Shown: one piece after another, positions 46,100-62,028 of the stretch
How positions within the stretch are numbered: position 1 is the stretch's first letter
Layout: every line of letters starts with the position of its first letter
Source of the DNA: the human T2T-CHM13v2.0 reference genome, Homo sapiens
DNA: 64,000 nt
Assembly (NCBI RefSeq): GCF_009914755.1
Contig: NC_060928.1
Direction: 5' to 3' (one strand)
The notes under the pieces: model-generated
The model's database searches: none
Seen by the model: the letters and a program-made list of their open reading frames with translations, nothing else
Told to the model about the DNA's origin: nothing
Position numbers and translations under genes: made by a program

Positions 46100-46380
46100 G
46101 AAAGATCCAAGGAGAGGGGAGGAAATGGGATGGCGATCACAGGAAGAGGCCTTAAGCTTGGACAGGAAGAGACTGCCCTCTGAGAGCCCTGGGAAATAGC
46201 CACGGTGGGGGCGGACAGAGATAAGGTGGAAAGAAGGGCGGGGAGTAGATGGAGGCAGACGGAAGATGAGTTGATTTACCATTGTTGACATCAATTTTCT
46301 TCATGAATAAGGAAGCGAGATTGTTGGCTGAGAGTGAGTAGCAATGAGGTTGGGAAGAGTTGAAGAAAGTGAACGCTGGA
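46100..46380 (-). mobile_element. L2 internal fragment
   Basis: 'gccttaagcttggacaggaagagac...catcaattttcttcatgaataaggaagcgagattg'. Confidence 0.55.
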
Positions 46381-46877
46381 ACAGCCATGGGCAGAGGGAA
46401 GAATTTAGGACCTAACTGAAACTGGAATCCCTCCCTTTGGAGTGGATTTAATCTGAAATTCCAGTGGGTTTTTTTTTCCAGCATGCCAACTATATTATCA
46501 ATACGTATTCATTTTGTTAAATATTCTCGGTCCTCCTCTCTTCTCCATCCTACTACTCTCTTGCTACAGGTTTCATTTTTTGTTTGCTCCTGATTTATTA
46601 TTACCTCCAGTCTCACCTTGCCAGTCCTTCTTCCTCTAGCTGCTGGAGTGACAATTTTCACAACCAAATATTACAGCCAATGCCGTCATCCACCAGTTAA
46701 ACCCAGCTGAGCACAGACACATGAACAAGCCTAGTATAGACCAGGAGATGAGGCTGGAGAGCGAGCAAGTTAGAGCTTACAGGGCCTTGGATTTCACTGG
46801 GAGTGAGAAGAATTGACCAGCTGAGTTCATCCCAAAGTACTAACTCACAGGTACATGAGCTAAACTATTAAGTTTTG

Positions 46878-47025
46878 AGGCTGGGACTAAGTTGAGGGAG
46901 GTGAAGCACCTAGGGTGCAAAATTCAAGGAGGCCTCATTTGCACTTCCATGACATAAGAGTAAGTGTCTCTTTAAACTGCATGCCCCTGTTGTTACACTC
47001 ACCTCACTGGCCTCACCCTACTCAC
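46878..47025. mobile_element. MER96-like palindromic hAT MITE
   Basis: 'ggctgggactaagttgagg...cctagggtgcaaaattcaaggagg' with inverted end 'gcctcacccta'. Confidence 0.65.
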
Positions 47026-47664
47026 TTACCACTTGCATGGCCCTGTGAAGTTGGTTCCACAGCCATGGATGACTGATACAAGGATTTTCTTGACCTGGCT
47101 CCAGAAAAGCTTATTCTGGTCAATCATGGCACATGGACTATGGCCACTACTTCCTTTCTCCCTTTAATCTCCCCGTTATACCCAATAACATATTAATCTA
47201 TATTCCCAGTGACAGCTGATGGCCAAGGAGGCCCACAGTTTTTCAGCAAATTAAGAAATGTGCTGATACAAAATATTCTGCTCCTACTAGGTCAGTGATG
47301 GTTTGCTAGGTCAACCTCAGATTTTGAATCAGAAAAGGTGAGAAAAAAATCTTCAGAGAACTAAAATAACCCATTGGTCCTCCACTGAGATACCTACAGC
47401 ACCTAGACCCTGAATCACCATCCAGAAAAGCCTCCATGAAGCATCGATGTACTGTAGATTTTTCCATAAGATTTCTATGGGATTCCTGTCTCTCTTGAGA
47501 CAGCCTACTGAAGGAGTTTTTCCTGGGTACCACAAAAGTCGACCACTTTAGGTCTTTAGCCTTTTTCTTCCTATTCACCCTATTATTCCAGTAAAATTGC
47601 ACTTATCCCTCTAAGCACACATCATATTCCACGCCCTTGCTTGACTGATTCTTTTGCTGAAGAC

Positions 47665-48067
47665 TTCTCTTTCTTTCTCCTCTTTCTTTCTTTCTCTTCT
47701 TTCTTTCTTCTTTCTCTCCTTCCTTCCTTCCTTGTTCTTTCCTTCCTTCCTTTTCTTTTCTTCTTTCTTTTCTCTTTTCTTTTCTTTTTCTTTCAAGACA
47801 GGGTTTCGCTTTCCACCCAGGCTGGAGACCAGTGGTGTAATCATAGCTCACTACCTCCTGGGCTCAGGAGATACCCCCACCTCAGCTTCCCGAGTAGCAG
47901 GGACCACAGTTGCATGCCACTACACCTGCCTAATTTTTGTATTTTTTTTTAAGAAACAGAGTCTTGCCATGTTGCCCAGGCTAATCTTCAGCTCCTGGCT
48001 CAAGCAATCATCCCACCTTAGCCTCTCAAAGTGCTGAGATTAGAGGCATGCACCACCGCACCCAGCC
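47665..48067 (-). mobile_element. AluJ with long CT-rich (antisense A/G) tail
   Basis: Antisense dimer at 47794-48067 preceded by a ~130-bp pyrimidine tract. Confidence 0.92.
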
Positions 48068-48139
48068 AAGACCCTCTTTTTCATGTCCCCAGTAAAGGAC
48101 ACTGATGGTGCTTTTACCAGATCTCTTTAAGCATATCAT

Positions 48140-48890
48140 GTACGCATCCTCCAACTTCTTTATGCCTTGCTGCTAATGCCTCACATCCTAAAATCTACGA
48201 CCTTTGGAGCATTGCTCTGGAGATGTCCTGCTCCACATATGCCTGGGCGTTTTGTATTCCAGCCCCCGTCCATCAGGGTAGCCCATAACCATGAACAGAC
48301 TGGTATGGGAGTACAAAAGCTTGGCTCCTTTGCTTCAAAGTGAACAAACTCTGAGGTGTAAATTATGCTACAGGTTTCCCCATGGGATCAGGCTGAGTCT
48401 GGGACTTCATCTGAAATTGTACTCTGATATAGTTTGGGTCTGTGTCCCCACCGAAATCTCATGTCAAATTGTAATCCCCAATGTTGGAGGTGGGGCCTGG
48501 TGGGAAGTGACTGGCTCATGGGAGTGGATTTCCCTTGGGTGGTGTTCTTGTGACAGTTAGTGAGTTATCACAAGATCTGGTTATTTAAAAGTGTGTAGCA
48601 ACTCCCCTCTCTCTCTTCCTCCTGCTCTAGCCATGTAAGATATGCCTGCTCCCCCTCTGCATTCTGCCATGATTGAAAGTTTCCTGAGGCCTCCCTAAGC
48701 CATGCTTCCTGTGTAGCCTGCGGTACTGTGAGCCAATTAAGTCTTTTTTCTTTATAAATTACCCAATTCCAGGTATTTCTTTATAGCAGTGTGAGAACAG
48801 ACTAACACACCCTTACTTGGCTTCTTCACATCCTTATATGATATCCTTAACTATTTTACTAGTTTCTCCAGGGAGCATTTCTCTACCACT
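48140..48890 (+). mobile_element. LTR16A-like ERVL LTR split by MSTA
   Basis: 'acaaactctgaggtgtaa...ccccatgggatcaggctgag...' resumes as 'cacccttacttggcttcttc' after the MSTA. Confidence 0.7.
48425..48807 (+). mobile_element. Solo MSTA-like MaLR LTR
   Basis: 'tgatatagtttgggtctgtgtccccacc...tttataaattaccca...gagaacagactaaca'. Confidence 0.9.
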
Positions 48891-49159
48891 TATCCCCCTC
48901 AAAAATTCTTACCTATGCTTCTAAGTTATGCTTAATTATCACTTTTGTGAAATATCCCTGACCACCTAGGGAGAGAGAATTAATCACTCCTTCCTCTGTG
49001 CAACTACAGACTCTTACAGGAACGTCAATGATTGCATTTAAGCAGGTCAACATTTATAATTGAGCTGTCTCTCTTACTGGTCAGAGAGCACTTTGAAGGT
49101 AGGGGCACGGTTATGCAACTATCCACGGGAATATCTTCCGTAATCATTCGGGATGCAGG

Positions 49160-50310
<1,151 letters not shown>

Positions 50311-50389
50311 GATATAAATAATTATTTTTAAAATTGCCAAAATCAAGTTTTATTATGTCTTTGGACTCTTCCTAATCTAGAGGCAGACT

Positions 50390-50620
50390 TACATAGCAAT
50401 TAAGGGGATAGCTTAAGAGTCTGGCAGATGGATTAATCTGAGTTCTGCCGCTTACCAGCTTTGTGAACTTAAGCTCATTTTAATATCCCTAAGCCACAGT
50501 TACTGTACTCTTTAAATAAGAATAATAGTTTCCATTTCACAGGATAGTTATAAGTAAATGAGGTTATTTATTATATATCAAGAGTTCAACAGAGAACCTA
50601 ACATGTAATAGTAACATTTT
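50390..50620 (+). mobile_element. MIR
   Basis: 'tctgagttctgccgcttaccagctttgtgaacttaagc...ttcacaggatagttataagtaaatgag'. Confidence 0.65.
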
Positions 50621-51259
50621 CCCTTATTATTCCAAACTAATGGGAATGTTGGAAAGAGAGTAGCTGATTTAGAGGAAACCAGAGGCCTCGTGAAGAAGGA
50701 AACATATGAGCAGAGAGATGAAGAAGAGGGAATGAGCCACAAAGCTGCCTTGGACAGATGTTACAGGCCAAGGGAATGGCAAGGGCAAGGTCGAGCATAT
50801 GCACGATCTAGCAAGGGGAGTGTGGCTACACCTGAATGATCACAAAGCAGGATCACAGGGGATGAGGCTGGAGAGGCAGCAGGGTTGGATCTTACAGAGT
50901 CTTGGGTTTCACTTGGAGGGAGATGAGAAACCATTATAGAAATATGAGTAATGGGATGAGTGACACAAGTGGACTTGTGTTCTGAACAGCTGTCCTAGCT
51001 GACATGTGACAACTAGACCATAAGGAAGGCGAGGCTTTAGAAGACTGTTGCAATAATCCAGCAGATGACAGTGTCTTGACATGGAAGTAGTGAGAAGTAG
51101 TCAGTTTCTAGATACATTTGAAGGTCTCCAGGATTATTGATGTGCAGTGAAAGAAAGAGAAATCAAGGATGAGACCATGTAATTTGTCCTAAGCAACCCA
51201 GAAGATTGAATTCGTGTTTACTGAGGTAGAAAGCCAGGAAGAGGCACAGACTTGGGAGG

Positions 51260-51658
51260 TGTATCAATCAGGATAAGTTAGGTTATGCTGTGGTAACAAA
51301 CAACTTCTAAGTCTCAATGGCTTAACCCAAAAAAATCTCCTTCTCGCTCAGGACATTTCCATTGCCAGTTGGCAGGGGCCTCCATTCAGAGGATTCACTT
51401 AGGAACCTAAGGGGTCGGAGGCTTCACTTTGACACTGGTTGCCTTCACCACCACAGCAGCGAGGAGCATAGAGAATTGCACTCTGGTTCCCAAAGTGCCT
51501 GATGGGAAGTGAAGTTGCTTCCACTCATATTTCATCAAACAAAGCAATCACAAAGCAATGCCTAACTTCAAAGGGGATGGAAGGAAGCACAATCTACTGC
51601 ATACCTGGACTTAAGAAAGTTGGAAATATTTGATGAATAGCAGCAGTGACTGCCACTG
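51260..51658 (-). mobile_element. MLT1I-like MaLR LTR
   Basis: 'tgtatcaatcaggataagttaggttatgctgtggtaacaaacaac' ... 'ggaaatatttgatgaatagcagcagtgactgccac'. Confidence 0.75.
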
Positions 51659-51873
51659 ATGAGAAAACCAAGAGTTTTCTTTCTGTGTTTTGGACATGGC
51701 CATTCCCGTGGGGGTGTAGTGTACTAGTCTGAAGTTCAGGGAAGGACAAGGAGTGCATCCAGGCTTGTGGAACCTGGAGTGGATATAATCTGGGGGGAAG
51801 CTCCTTTAAGATAAGGAATGCCAGACCCTATACAAAATTAAATACAGAGACTTAGGAGAGCATATGCAAATGA

Positions 51874-53929
<2,056 letters not shown>

Positions 53930-54901
53930 AGAAGAGGTTGTGCAAATAAGAGGTCCTAAAGGTTAAGCTCCATACATTTAAATGTGAATTCACCTCTTGG
54001 TGAGAAGGTCTAGTTCTGTAAATGGACGTCATCAGGTAGTGGAGGATTTTAAAGCCATAGGAATGAATGAAGTCACCTATAAAGTGGATATAAATAAAAG
54101 AGCCCCTGAATCCTGGGAGAATCCTGTGTTTCAAGATTTAGTGTGATCAGAAATGGAGATTGAGAAATGACCAATGAGATATACTTGATAAAATAATTTT
54201 ACTTTCTCTATACATTTACCTCATGCTTGCTCTCCTATAGGCTGCTATTTATTTTTATTACACCTTTTAATCTACTACAGGATGGAGAGTCTCTGATCAT
54301 TTGACTTTCAACATCTGTATTTAAAAACTAGGAGTAGCATCAAACTAACTCAGTTTAAAATGAAATTCAGCATTAAATCAGCAGTATAAGGAGGAAAAAA
54401 ACTGTCTATAGGTCAAGAGATTAAATCTTAACTTCTACCCCTGTCACCAATTTGTTAAATCACTTGCTCAAGGTCACATAAATTCTCAAGACCTTTCTGT
54501 GTGCATCAATAAAATGAAGAAATATATTATTTTCTCTAGAGTCCTTTCTGACTCTGCCATTTGGCCTAGGCATTCCATCTTGAGGTGGGCTGGGCCTCAG
54601 GACTAGATCACATCAGTTTCCAGGATATGTGTTTAATTGCATTCATTGATTTAAGTATACATTTCAAATTCCCTATTTGCTTTACATTGATTAAGATGTG
54701 ATACAATTGAGGGTAATAAATAAATGAAATATGAAACCTTCAAAGGATGTTTGGCAACAAAATGGAATGACTGTAGTTGAGGAGCTCAAAGTCAAGTGTG
54801 GGAAGTATTGTTTAATGCCCTTATAAATCTCCCCTTTATTAAAGGGATTTAATTAATCAAAGATTTTAGGTAATAAATAATTTAATCATAAAGAAACAAA
54901 C

Positions 54902-55321
54902 TGTATTAGTTTTTTAGGGCTGCTGTAACAAAGTACCACAAAGGAAGTGGCTTAAACAACAGAAATGGCCCATCTCCCAGTTCTGGAGGCCAGCTGTCTC
55001 AGAAGCTGTCTGCAGGGTGGTGCTCCCTCTGAAAGGCCTGGGGAATTATCTGTTCCAGCCCCTCTTCTAACTTTTGGTAGTTCCTTGGCTTGTGGCAGCA
55101 TAGGTCCAATCTTCACATGGGTTCTCCCTGTGTGTGTATGTCTAAATGTTCCCCTTTGTTAAGGACACCAGTTATATGGTTTTATTATCCACACTAAAAA
55201 TCCTCATTTTAATTTCATTACCTCTGTAAAGACCCCACCTCCAAGTGAGGTCACATTCAGAGGTAGGGGGGTCAGGACTCCCACATACCTTTTTTGTGAG
55301 GACACAATTCGACCCACAGCA
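54902..55321 (-). mobile_element. MLT1C-like MaLR LTR
   Basis: 'tgtattagttttttagggctgctgtaacaaagtaccacaaa...ggacacaattcgacccacagca'. Confidence 0.85.
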
Positions 55322-55322
55322 C

Positions 55323-55890
55323 TGCAGGGCTGAGAAAACGGCATTCCAAGCTGAAGGCCTCAGAAGCAAAGTTTCCCTCTGACCTCCTGGCCTCTTAACT
55401 CTCAACTCCCAGCCTCCCACCAAGGCAAGCCATAGAAACTAGAACCCTTTTCCCCAAAGCTAGTCATAAAACCTAAAAAAACTACTCTAACCTTCCCCTT
55501 GCCTTTCTGTGCAACAGCTGACCGTAAAGACATTCAGACCCTCATTTCAGAGAGGTCCTACCCCATACCTGAGAGGAAGAAACCTTGCACAGAGAGGCGA
55601 GAAGAACCTAAACAGACAGGCTTTGCTGGCTTCCCGGCCAGTCTATTAGATCCTTCCCTTTCATCCAATCACATTTCTACACCACTCTCCCTGCTTCATC
55701 GAACTGAAGCGTAAAATCACAAGCTTCCCCTGTACCTTTGGGTCTTCATTCTGAAGGCTCCTGTGTCATGTGAAACTATAATCAGGTAAATTTGCTATGC
55801 TTTTCCCTTGTTAACCTGTCTTTGTTATGGGGGTGTCAGTTGTGGCTCTTGTGGTGGGGAGGGAAGAGATCACCTGCTTTCTGCCCTACA
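55323..55890 (+). mobile_element. MER34/MER39-family ERV1 solo LTR
   Basis: TG...CA termini; 'gccatagaaactagaac', 'ctttgggtcttcattctgaaggctcc'; 4-bp TSD gcac/acac. Confidence 0.82.
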
Positions 55891-55959
55891 ACACAAACCT
55901 ACCTACAATGGCTGCTGCCCAGCCTCAATTCCTCTTTGTCCACAAGGGTGCCCACACGG

Positions 55960-56350
55960 TCCTTCACCCAGGGCTTTTATCTCTACTGTCTTAACATTTT
56001 GCAAATCCATTTCCTCCTCTTCATCCTCCCTGCTTTAGCTCAAAGCCTCCTAGTTTATTGTCTGGTCTAAGACAAGACTCTCCTATCCAGTCCCTCTAAC
56101 TTATTCCATGACCCTCCTTCCCCAACTACCACTCACTCTCTACTGGTCAGCCAGTGCTATCTTGCTAAAATGGACCTCTGACTTTGCCACTTCACTGCTA
56201 AAAATCCTTGAGTGGTTTTACATTGATCTTTAAAATAAAGTGCAGTTCCTCAGCATAGAGTCCAAATCTGGCTCCTAACCACCTGTTAAGCCTCAACTTT
56301 ACCCTGTTTTCAGCCATCACAAACACGAGGTAGTTCTTTAAATAGAGCAT
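55960..56350 (+). mobile_element. L2 fragment
   Basis: 'cagccagtgctatcttgctaaaatgg...cttcactgctaaaaatccttgagtgg'. Confidence 0.6.
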
Positions 56351-57729
56351 TTTGGTAGTGTCCTTTTGCAGGGCTGTTGCTAGCATATCAAAAGCCTTTG
56401 TGCCAATTAGGAAAAGGAACCTCCTCAGGGAGGATGAATTACAATCAAGTAGCCTTCCCTCTGGTGGAGGCTGCCTTGGTGCAGGCTCAGTACACAGCTG
56501 GAGGACTGGGGGACTGGTTGGATTTCAGTCCCTAGTCAGCCTCCTCCACCTTGTGCAGGATAAAACAACATGCCAACATGTGGCTGCCTGGCCCTGTACT
56601 CACATGCAGAAGGAGTTCCCCAGGAAAACATTTGTGAAGTCTCAGGTTTGCATCCACCATGAGAAATCCCTGACCTTCTAAGCTGAGGAAGCTAAGATTA
56701 GAGGATTCAACAGCAGCATGAAGGAGAGATTGATTCTGAACACCTGCTGCACTGCAAGGGCCATTTCCTCAGGAGAAGGTGAGCTCCTTCAACACAGGAG
56801 CTGGGTGTTCATCACATCTCAATAGCTCTGACGCTATGCATCATATGTGGGATATGTAGGTACTCAGTCAACCTCAAACAAATTCCATTTTTTTTCTTGA
56901 CAATTAGAGAACCTGTGAATTTAAAAGTGCTAGAATAGCTGAAAACACTAAGAATTGCTTAGGAGAGTGAAACTGGACAGAATCCCAGGCAGGCTGGCCT
57001 ACTTTGTAGGGAATCTGCTTAGTGCAGCAGAGTAGTCCTAGATTGTGGTTCTAGTCCCAGGCCAGTTACCAACCAGCTCGATGGCTAAGTGAATCAATCA
57101 CTTGGTAATATCTTTAAACCTCTCAGAGTTTTACAAGGCTTTACAAGGTCCTTCCATACACATTTCTCCCCTTGCTGCCTGAATTTTTAAATTTCCTTCT
57201 ATTATATGCCCTAAAACTCTAGCAGCTAGAAAGCTGACATGAAAGGATTCTCAGTCAATCACATTACAGTATGAATTAGATTAACAATTTTAAACCACCA
57301 ATTTTTTCAAATTCCTTGCTAAGATGGGTAGACCATGAAGAAACAGACGTCTCAATTTGGAGAGAAGACTGACGGGAAGTTTCAAAACATAGAGCATGTT
57401 AGGAAGTAGGATGAGAGCTGGGAACTTACCAGCCTCATTGGAAATGGTGTCGTCAGTTATTAGCAGGGCTGACTTTTCTCTCTTCATCCCCCAATCCTCT
57501 GCAGATGAGGATGGGTACCTGCCCACTGACCTCCTGGGGCCCAGACCCAGGAAGCAAGGATAATAGATAGGACCCTTCGTTAAGGCAAAGAAAAGAGAGG
57601 CTCTCTAGATATCATATCACTTGGGAGTCATGCTGTAATGGGTAGCCAATCAGCAGAACTCTCCTCCTTCATTCCTTTCACCTCTTGTAGAACCATAGTA
57701 CTGCTAGTTCCATTGAGCAGAAAAAGAGC

Positions 57730-57791
57730 CTGGAAATTGAAGGTCCACAGCCTACACCTGCTGGAAATTGAAGGTCCACAGCCTACACCTG
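57730..57791. repeat. Perfect 31-bp tandem duplication
   Basis: ctggaaattgaaggtccacagcctacacctg occurs twice with no mismatch. Confidence 0.97.
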
Positions 57792-58491
57792 GGCCTGCAG
57801 GAAAGCAGAGTAAAGACCCCTTCAGGCTCATTCAAGATTGGCAGCGTCAACCTTGAGGAGAAAAACCAAAGAACTGCCTTCACCGTGCTGTGAACTCTCT
57901 GAACACACAAGTCCTACTAGTAAGACTATTTTGGTAATAGACCTGCACTCTCACCTTCTTATAAAATTTAGTAATAGACCTGCACTCTCATCTGCTCTTA
58001 TTAAATATAAGAGTAGAGCTAAGGGATCACACTTATTCCACTATAAACCTGGGCCATTATAGGTTGGATTAATCTTTAAGACAAATTTTGTAAAAATATC
58101 CTAAAGGAAACAGCATTTTACAATTCCGGAGCCTTTTGGGGGAGATGCTAAGAACCTCTTAGGTTATTCTTTGTTCTAAGTCTAAACTGAGAGAGCAAGC
58201 ACTCCATCTAGTTCCTCTTTGCCCTTCACAAAGGCCATGCTAATTTTTGAATAGGTAGAAAGGTGTTGGTGATACCTAGCTTCCAGAATTTTATGAAATT
58301 GATTTTATTGAGTCAGTTCAGTGAGTTACTGTAATTGAAAATAATCCCCCTAATTATCTAGTTCAGTTCATTTACCTAATATATATTTTATTAGCAAATA
58401 ATTTGTGATCTCCCAAGAGAATATATTTCCTAGCTTCATTGTTTTCTTATTAGATTTTAAATGAGTTCAAATGCTTCAGATGCTTGGACAC

Positions 58492-58941
58492 TGTCAGGCC
58501 TCTGAGCCCAAACCAAGCCATCGCTTCCCCGGTGACTTGCACGTATACGCCCAGATGGCCTGAAGTAACTGAAGAACCACAAAAGAAGTGAATATGCCCT
58601 GCCCCACCTTAACTGATGACATTCCACCCCGAAAGAAGTGAAAATGGCCGGTCCGTGCCTTAAGTGATGACATTACCTTGTGAAAGTCCTTTTCCTGGCT
58701 CATCCTGGCTCAAAAAGCTCCCCCACTGAGCACCTTGCGACCCCCACTCCTGCCCGCCAGAGAACATCCCCCCTTTGACTATAATTTTCCTTTCCTTACC
58801 CAAATCTTATAAAATGGCCCCACCCCATCTCCCTTTGCTGACTCTCTTTTCGGATTCAGCCCGCCTGCACCCAGGTGATTAAAAGCTTTATTGCTCACAC
58901 AAAGCCTGTTTGGTGGTCTCTTCACACGGACGCGCATGAAA
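58492..58941 (+). mobile_element. Solo HERV-H LTR7 (450 bp)
   Basis: Starts 'tgtcaggcctctgagccc', ends 'cacacggacgcgcatgaaa'; TATA-like 'ttataaaa' near 58808, 'attaaa' near 58878; TSD gacac (58487-58491) / gatac (58942-58946). Confidence 0.96.
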
Positions 58942-60639
58942 GATACTACTGTCATACCTCTTCTTAAACTCTCCCTTGTCAAAAGCTATTTAATTTGTTA
59001 TTTACATCTCCTCAACATTTTTCTTCCTCTTACTAGTTTTTGTCTTTTTCCTTTGATCATTCCTCTTTTGCAGAAGAGGCCTACTTGGAGTAGGATTCAG
59101 AGAGTATTTATAGCCCAAGGAAAGAAGGTATTCACCCACTTGGGACTGATATATGCCCTGGTTTCTTTCACTGGAGGACTTTCCCTAACATGTATGTCAA
59201 ATTCTTCAGCTTACCCTGGCAGGACAGCCTTCAAGGAGGTCCCCACTCTGGCCTAAGGAGTGAACGTTGACAAAATGCGGAAGTTGGCTCTGACTATCAC
59301 TTCTCTAAGTCTTGGTCCTTTGAGCCAAGAAGTGACTCATTTGCAAATGACTAGGTGTGACCAGGCAAGTTATATGTTATCTATGTCAACAAGCGCAATT
59401 ACAACAGCTGCTATGACAAAGATGTAGTCTACACAACACAGCTATTTTTGCAGTCTTTAGACTATGCTTTCTTAATCTAGCACCTTTGAAATCATACAAC
59501 TGACCTTTCACAAAGGGTATTTTCTAATTCCTGGTCTGGGTAATAATCACTCTTTACCATGAAGAACTGTATATAGTTGTGTGACCGCCTGCAACTGGAG
59601 GGGTAGGGGTGAGTGAAGCCTTTATCACTGCATTGTGTCCTAGCGAGTAGCAATTAGCCTCTTATCCCTTCCCTCTTCAAGTACAATTAAAGAACAAAAG
59701 AGTCAGACAGGAAGAGGTTGGAGGCCCATATGTAGGATGCTGCATTTACTTGCTAATCTACCTTTTAATCCAGCAAACTGAGAAAGTGCTTTCCCAAACC
59801 ACAGACCCCTGAAGGCCCATTCCATCTCAATTAGTCCAGACCCATTACTCACAGATGAGGACAGAAGTTCAGAAAGGCGGGAAAGCTTCCACAAAATCCT
59901 AGAAATCTGGGGAGAGTGAGGTTTAGCACTTCGTTTTCACATTCTGAGACAAGAATTCTCACAGGGAGGGATTTCAGATTTCTCCCAAGATCCTAAACCA
60001 TGTTGGTCCTAGTTTGTTTTTAATGATGACTTTTTATATTATTGTTAAAGATGGATTTATTGTCTTGATTATTGGTACTACATATAAACACAGAAGAGTA
60101 TAACAGTCTAGTTAATACTCAAAATTTTTTAAAAACCCTCAGTGGCTTGGATTTCCTTTGTTGATTTCTGGGAATAGTGCCACCCATGACAATGGATTGG
60201 AATCACTTTTCAAAATCCAGATGTTTCAGGGGCACAATTTGAGATTTGTTACAAGATATAAAGTGAAATTTGTGAATCCCCAATGATAACCAGATTAATA
60301 ACTGCCTTGCTCATGCATTCAGCACATATTTACTGAGCATACATTAACTCCTCACCACAGCTCACCTGCACTTAGGAGGACCCCTAATTGCACCACAGAA
60401 AATTTAATAATGCCAGTCCTCCAACTGCCTTATCTCAACCAAGTTGACAGCACATTCTGCTAAACTTACTTTCCCACAACGATTCATCTGGAGAAAGGTG
60501 ATTTTTGCTAACTTTCATTTTCTCCAAGCAGTGTGGGTGGAAAGAAAGCAAGCAAACTTTGTTTCATTGTAGAAAACCCACTGGTTTGACATCCATCAAG
60601 GAGTAATTTTCCTTTTTATTCTCAGAAACATCAGTTTCC

Positions 60640-60942
60640 TTTTTTTTTTTTTTTTTGGAGACAGGGTCACACTCTGTCACCCTAGCTGGAGTGCAGTGGT
60701 GCAATCTTGGCTCACTGCAACCTCCGCTTCCCAGGTTCAAGCAATTCCCTGCCTCAGCCTCCAAAGTAGCTGGGATTACAGGCACAGGCCACCACACCTG
60801 GCTAATTATTTGTTGTATTTTTAGTAGAGATGGCGTTTCTCCATGTTGGCCAAGCTGGTCTCAAACTCCTGACCTCAAGTGATCTGCCCACCTCGGCCTC
60901 CCAAAGTGCTGGGATTATAGGTGTGAGCCGCTGTGCCCGGCC
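60640..60942 (-). mobile_element. AluS (Sx/Sz-like) SINE
   Basis: Antisense dimer with a T17 tract. Confidence 0.94.
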
Positions 60943-61914
60943 CCTTCCTCCTCTTTAATTTTCTAAAGTATAGGCTACTATTACCAAGAAATCCTAAATT
61001 GGGTGATGTGCACACTTTAAGTATTCTAATAGTTAACAATATTCCAAGACAGCTTCTTCATACTGTCCAGAATGCGATTATACACATTTGGATGTTTAAT
61101 CTCCTGTTATGTAGAATCTTAGAGAAGCAGGGTTTCAGGCTTGCAGGGCAGAGTTTAAGCTTGCTGAAGGCTGGTAGCACTATAAAGAAAATTGGCTACC
61201 TGGAAATTTCCTCATTGCATAAAGGTTATAAATGCATCCTTTAAGAGGGACTGATTCTTAGTACAGCATAAAGGCAGTAGTCTATTTTGCATGGGATCAG
61301 CCTTGTTTGCAGTTTTGAATGACAGGTCCACAAACTGAAAAGTTTGGTTAATAAACCGTGAATCCCAACATCTCTTTATTAGCACTAAGAAGAGTCAAGT
61401 GATCTCAATTACATGGAACAGAGAATTGAGGCAATTATCCAATCATTCAAACCCAGAAAAAAAAAATCTTTGGCTTGAATTATACAGAAAGTGCCTCAAT
61501 TTCCTATTAAAACTTTAGAAGCCCAACTCTGACAAAAGTCTTTCCTTTCAAGATGTCTTAGGGGTAAAGCGAACAGAGTCGCCATCAGAGTATTGAGTTT
61601 TATAAGTTGTTAGTAGTTTCCAGGTCACTAACCACATTTTTTCCCCCAGGAAATGAATTCAGGAATTTCTTTGAACACTTAGCTCCATTGGAACAGTAGT
61701 CTAAGCTTCTTTTTATTCCCAGGCATGCATTCTTTATTGGAATAGTAAGACACCTTTGGAACAGGGGCAGGTATTGTTTTTTGTTCGGAAAAAGGGGTAA
61801 ACAAATGGCACCAAAGGAAGGTAGAGGATGTTAATCTACAGCTCAAAGTTCTTATATAGTTTAGCAACTAAAATTCTAATGGTGGGTTATGTTTTCTTGG
61901 GATTCTATACACAG

Positions 61915-62028
61915 GTGGCATGTGGACAGCAGTTGGAAAGAGAAAGTACAAAAAGAAGTTAAAAGTATGCTAGAAAAAACAGTAAATGAAGAAATGACAG
62001 AGGTGCCAAAGCCAGGTGAAGTGAAGAG
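61915..62028 (+). other. Candidate 114-nt internal exon of an unidentified transcript
   Basis: Branch-like ctaat (61876-80), acceptor tacacag|G, purine-rich body with GAAGAA-type motifs, donor GAG|gtaaag, one open frame. Confidence 0.35.

Noticed and set aside
58891-59256. 121-aa ORF starting in LTR7
   Set aside because: TTG start inside the LTR running into flanking DNA; no gag/pol/env similarity and no proviral interior follows.
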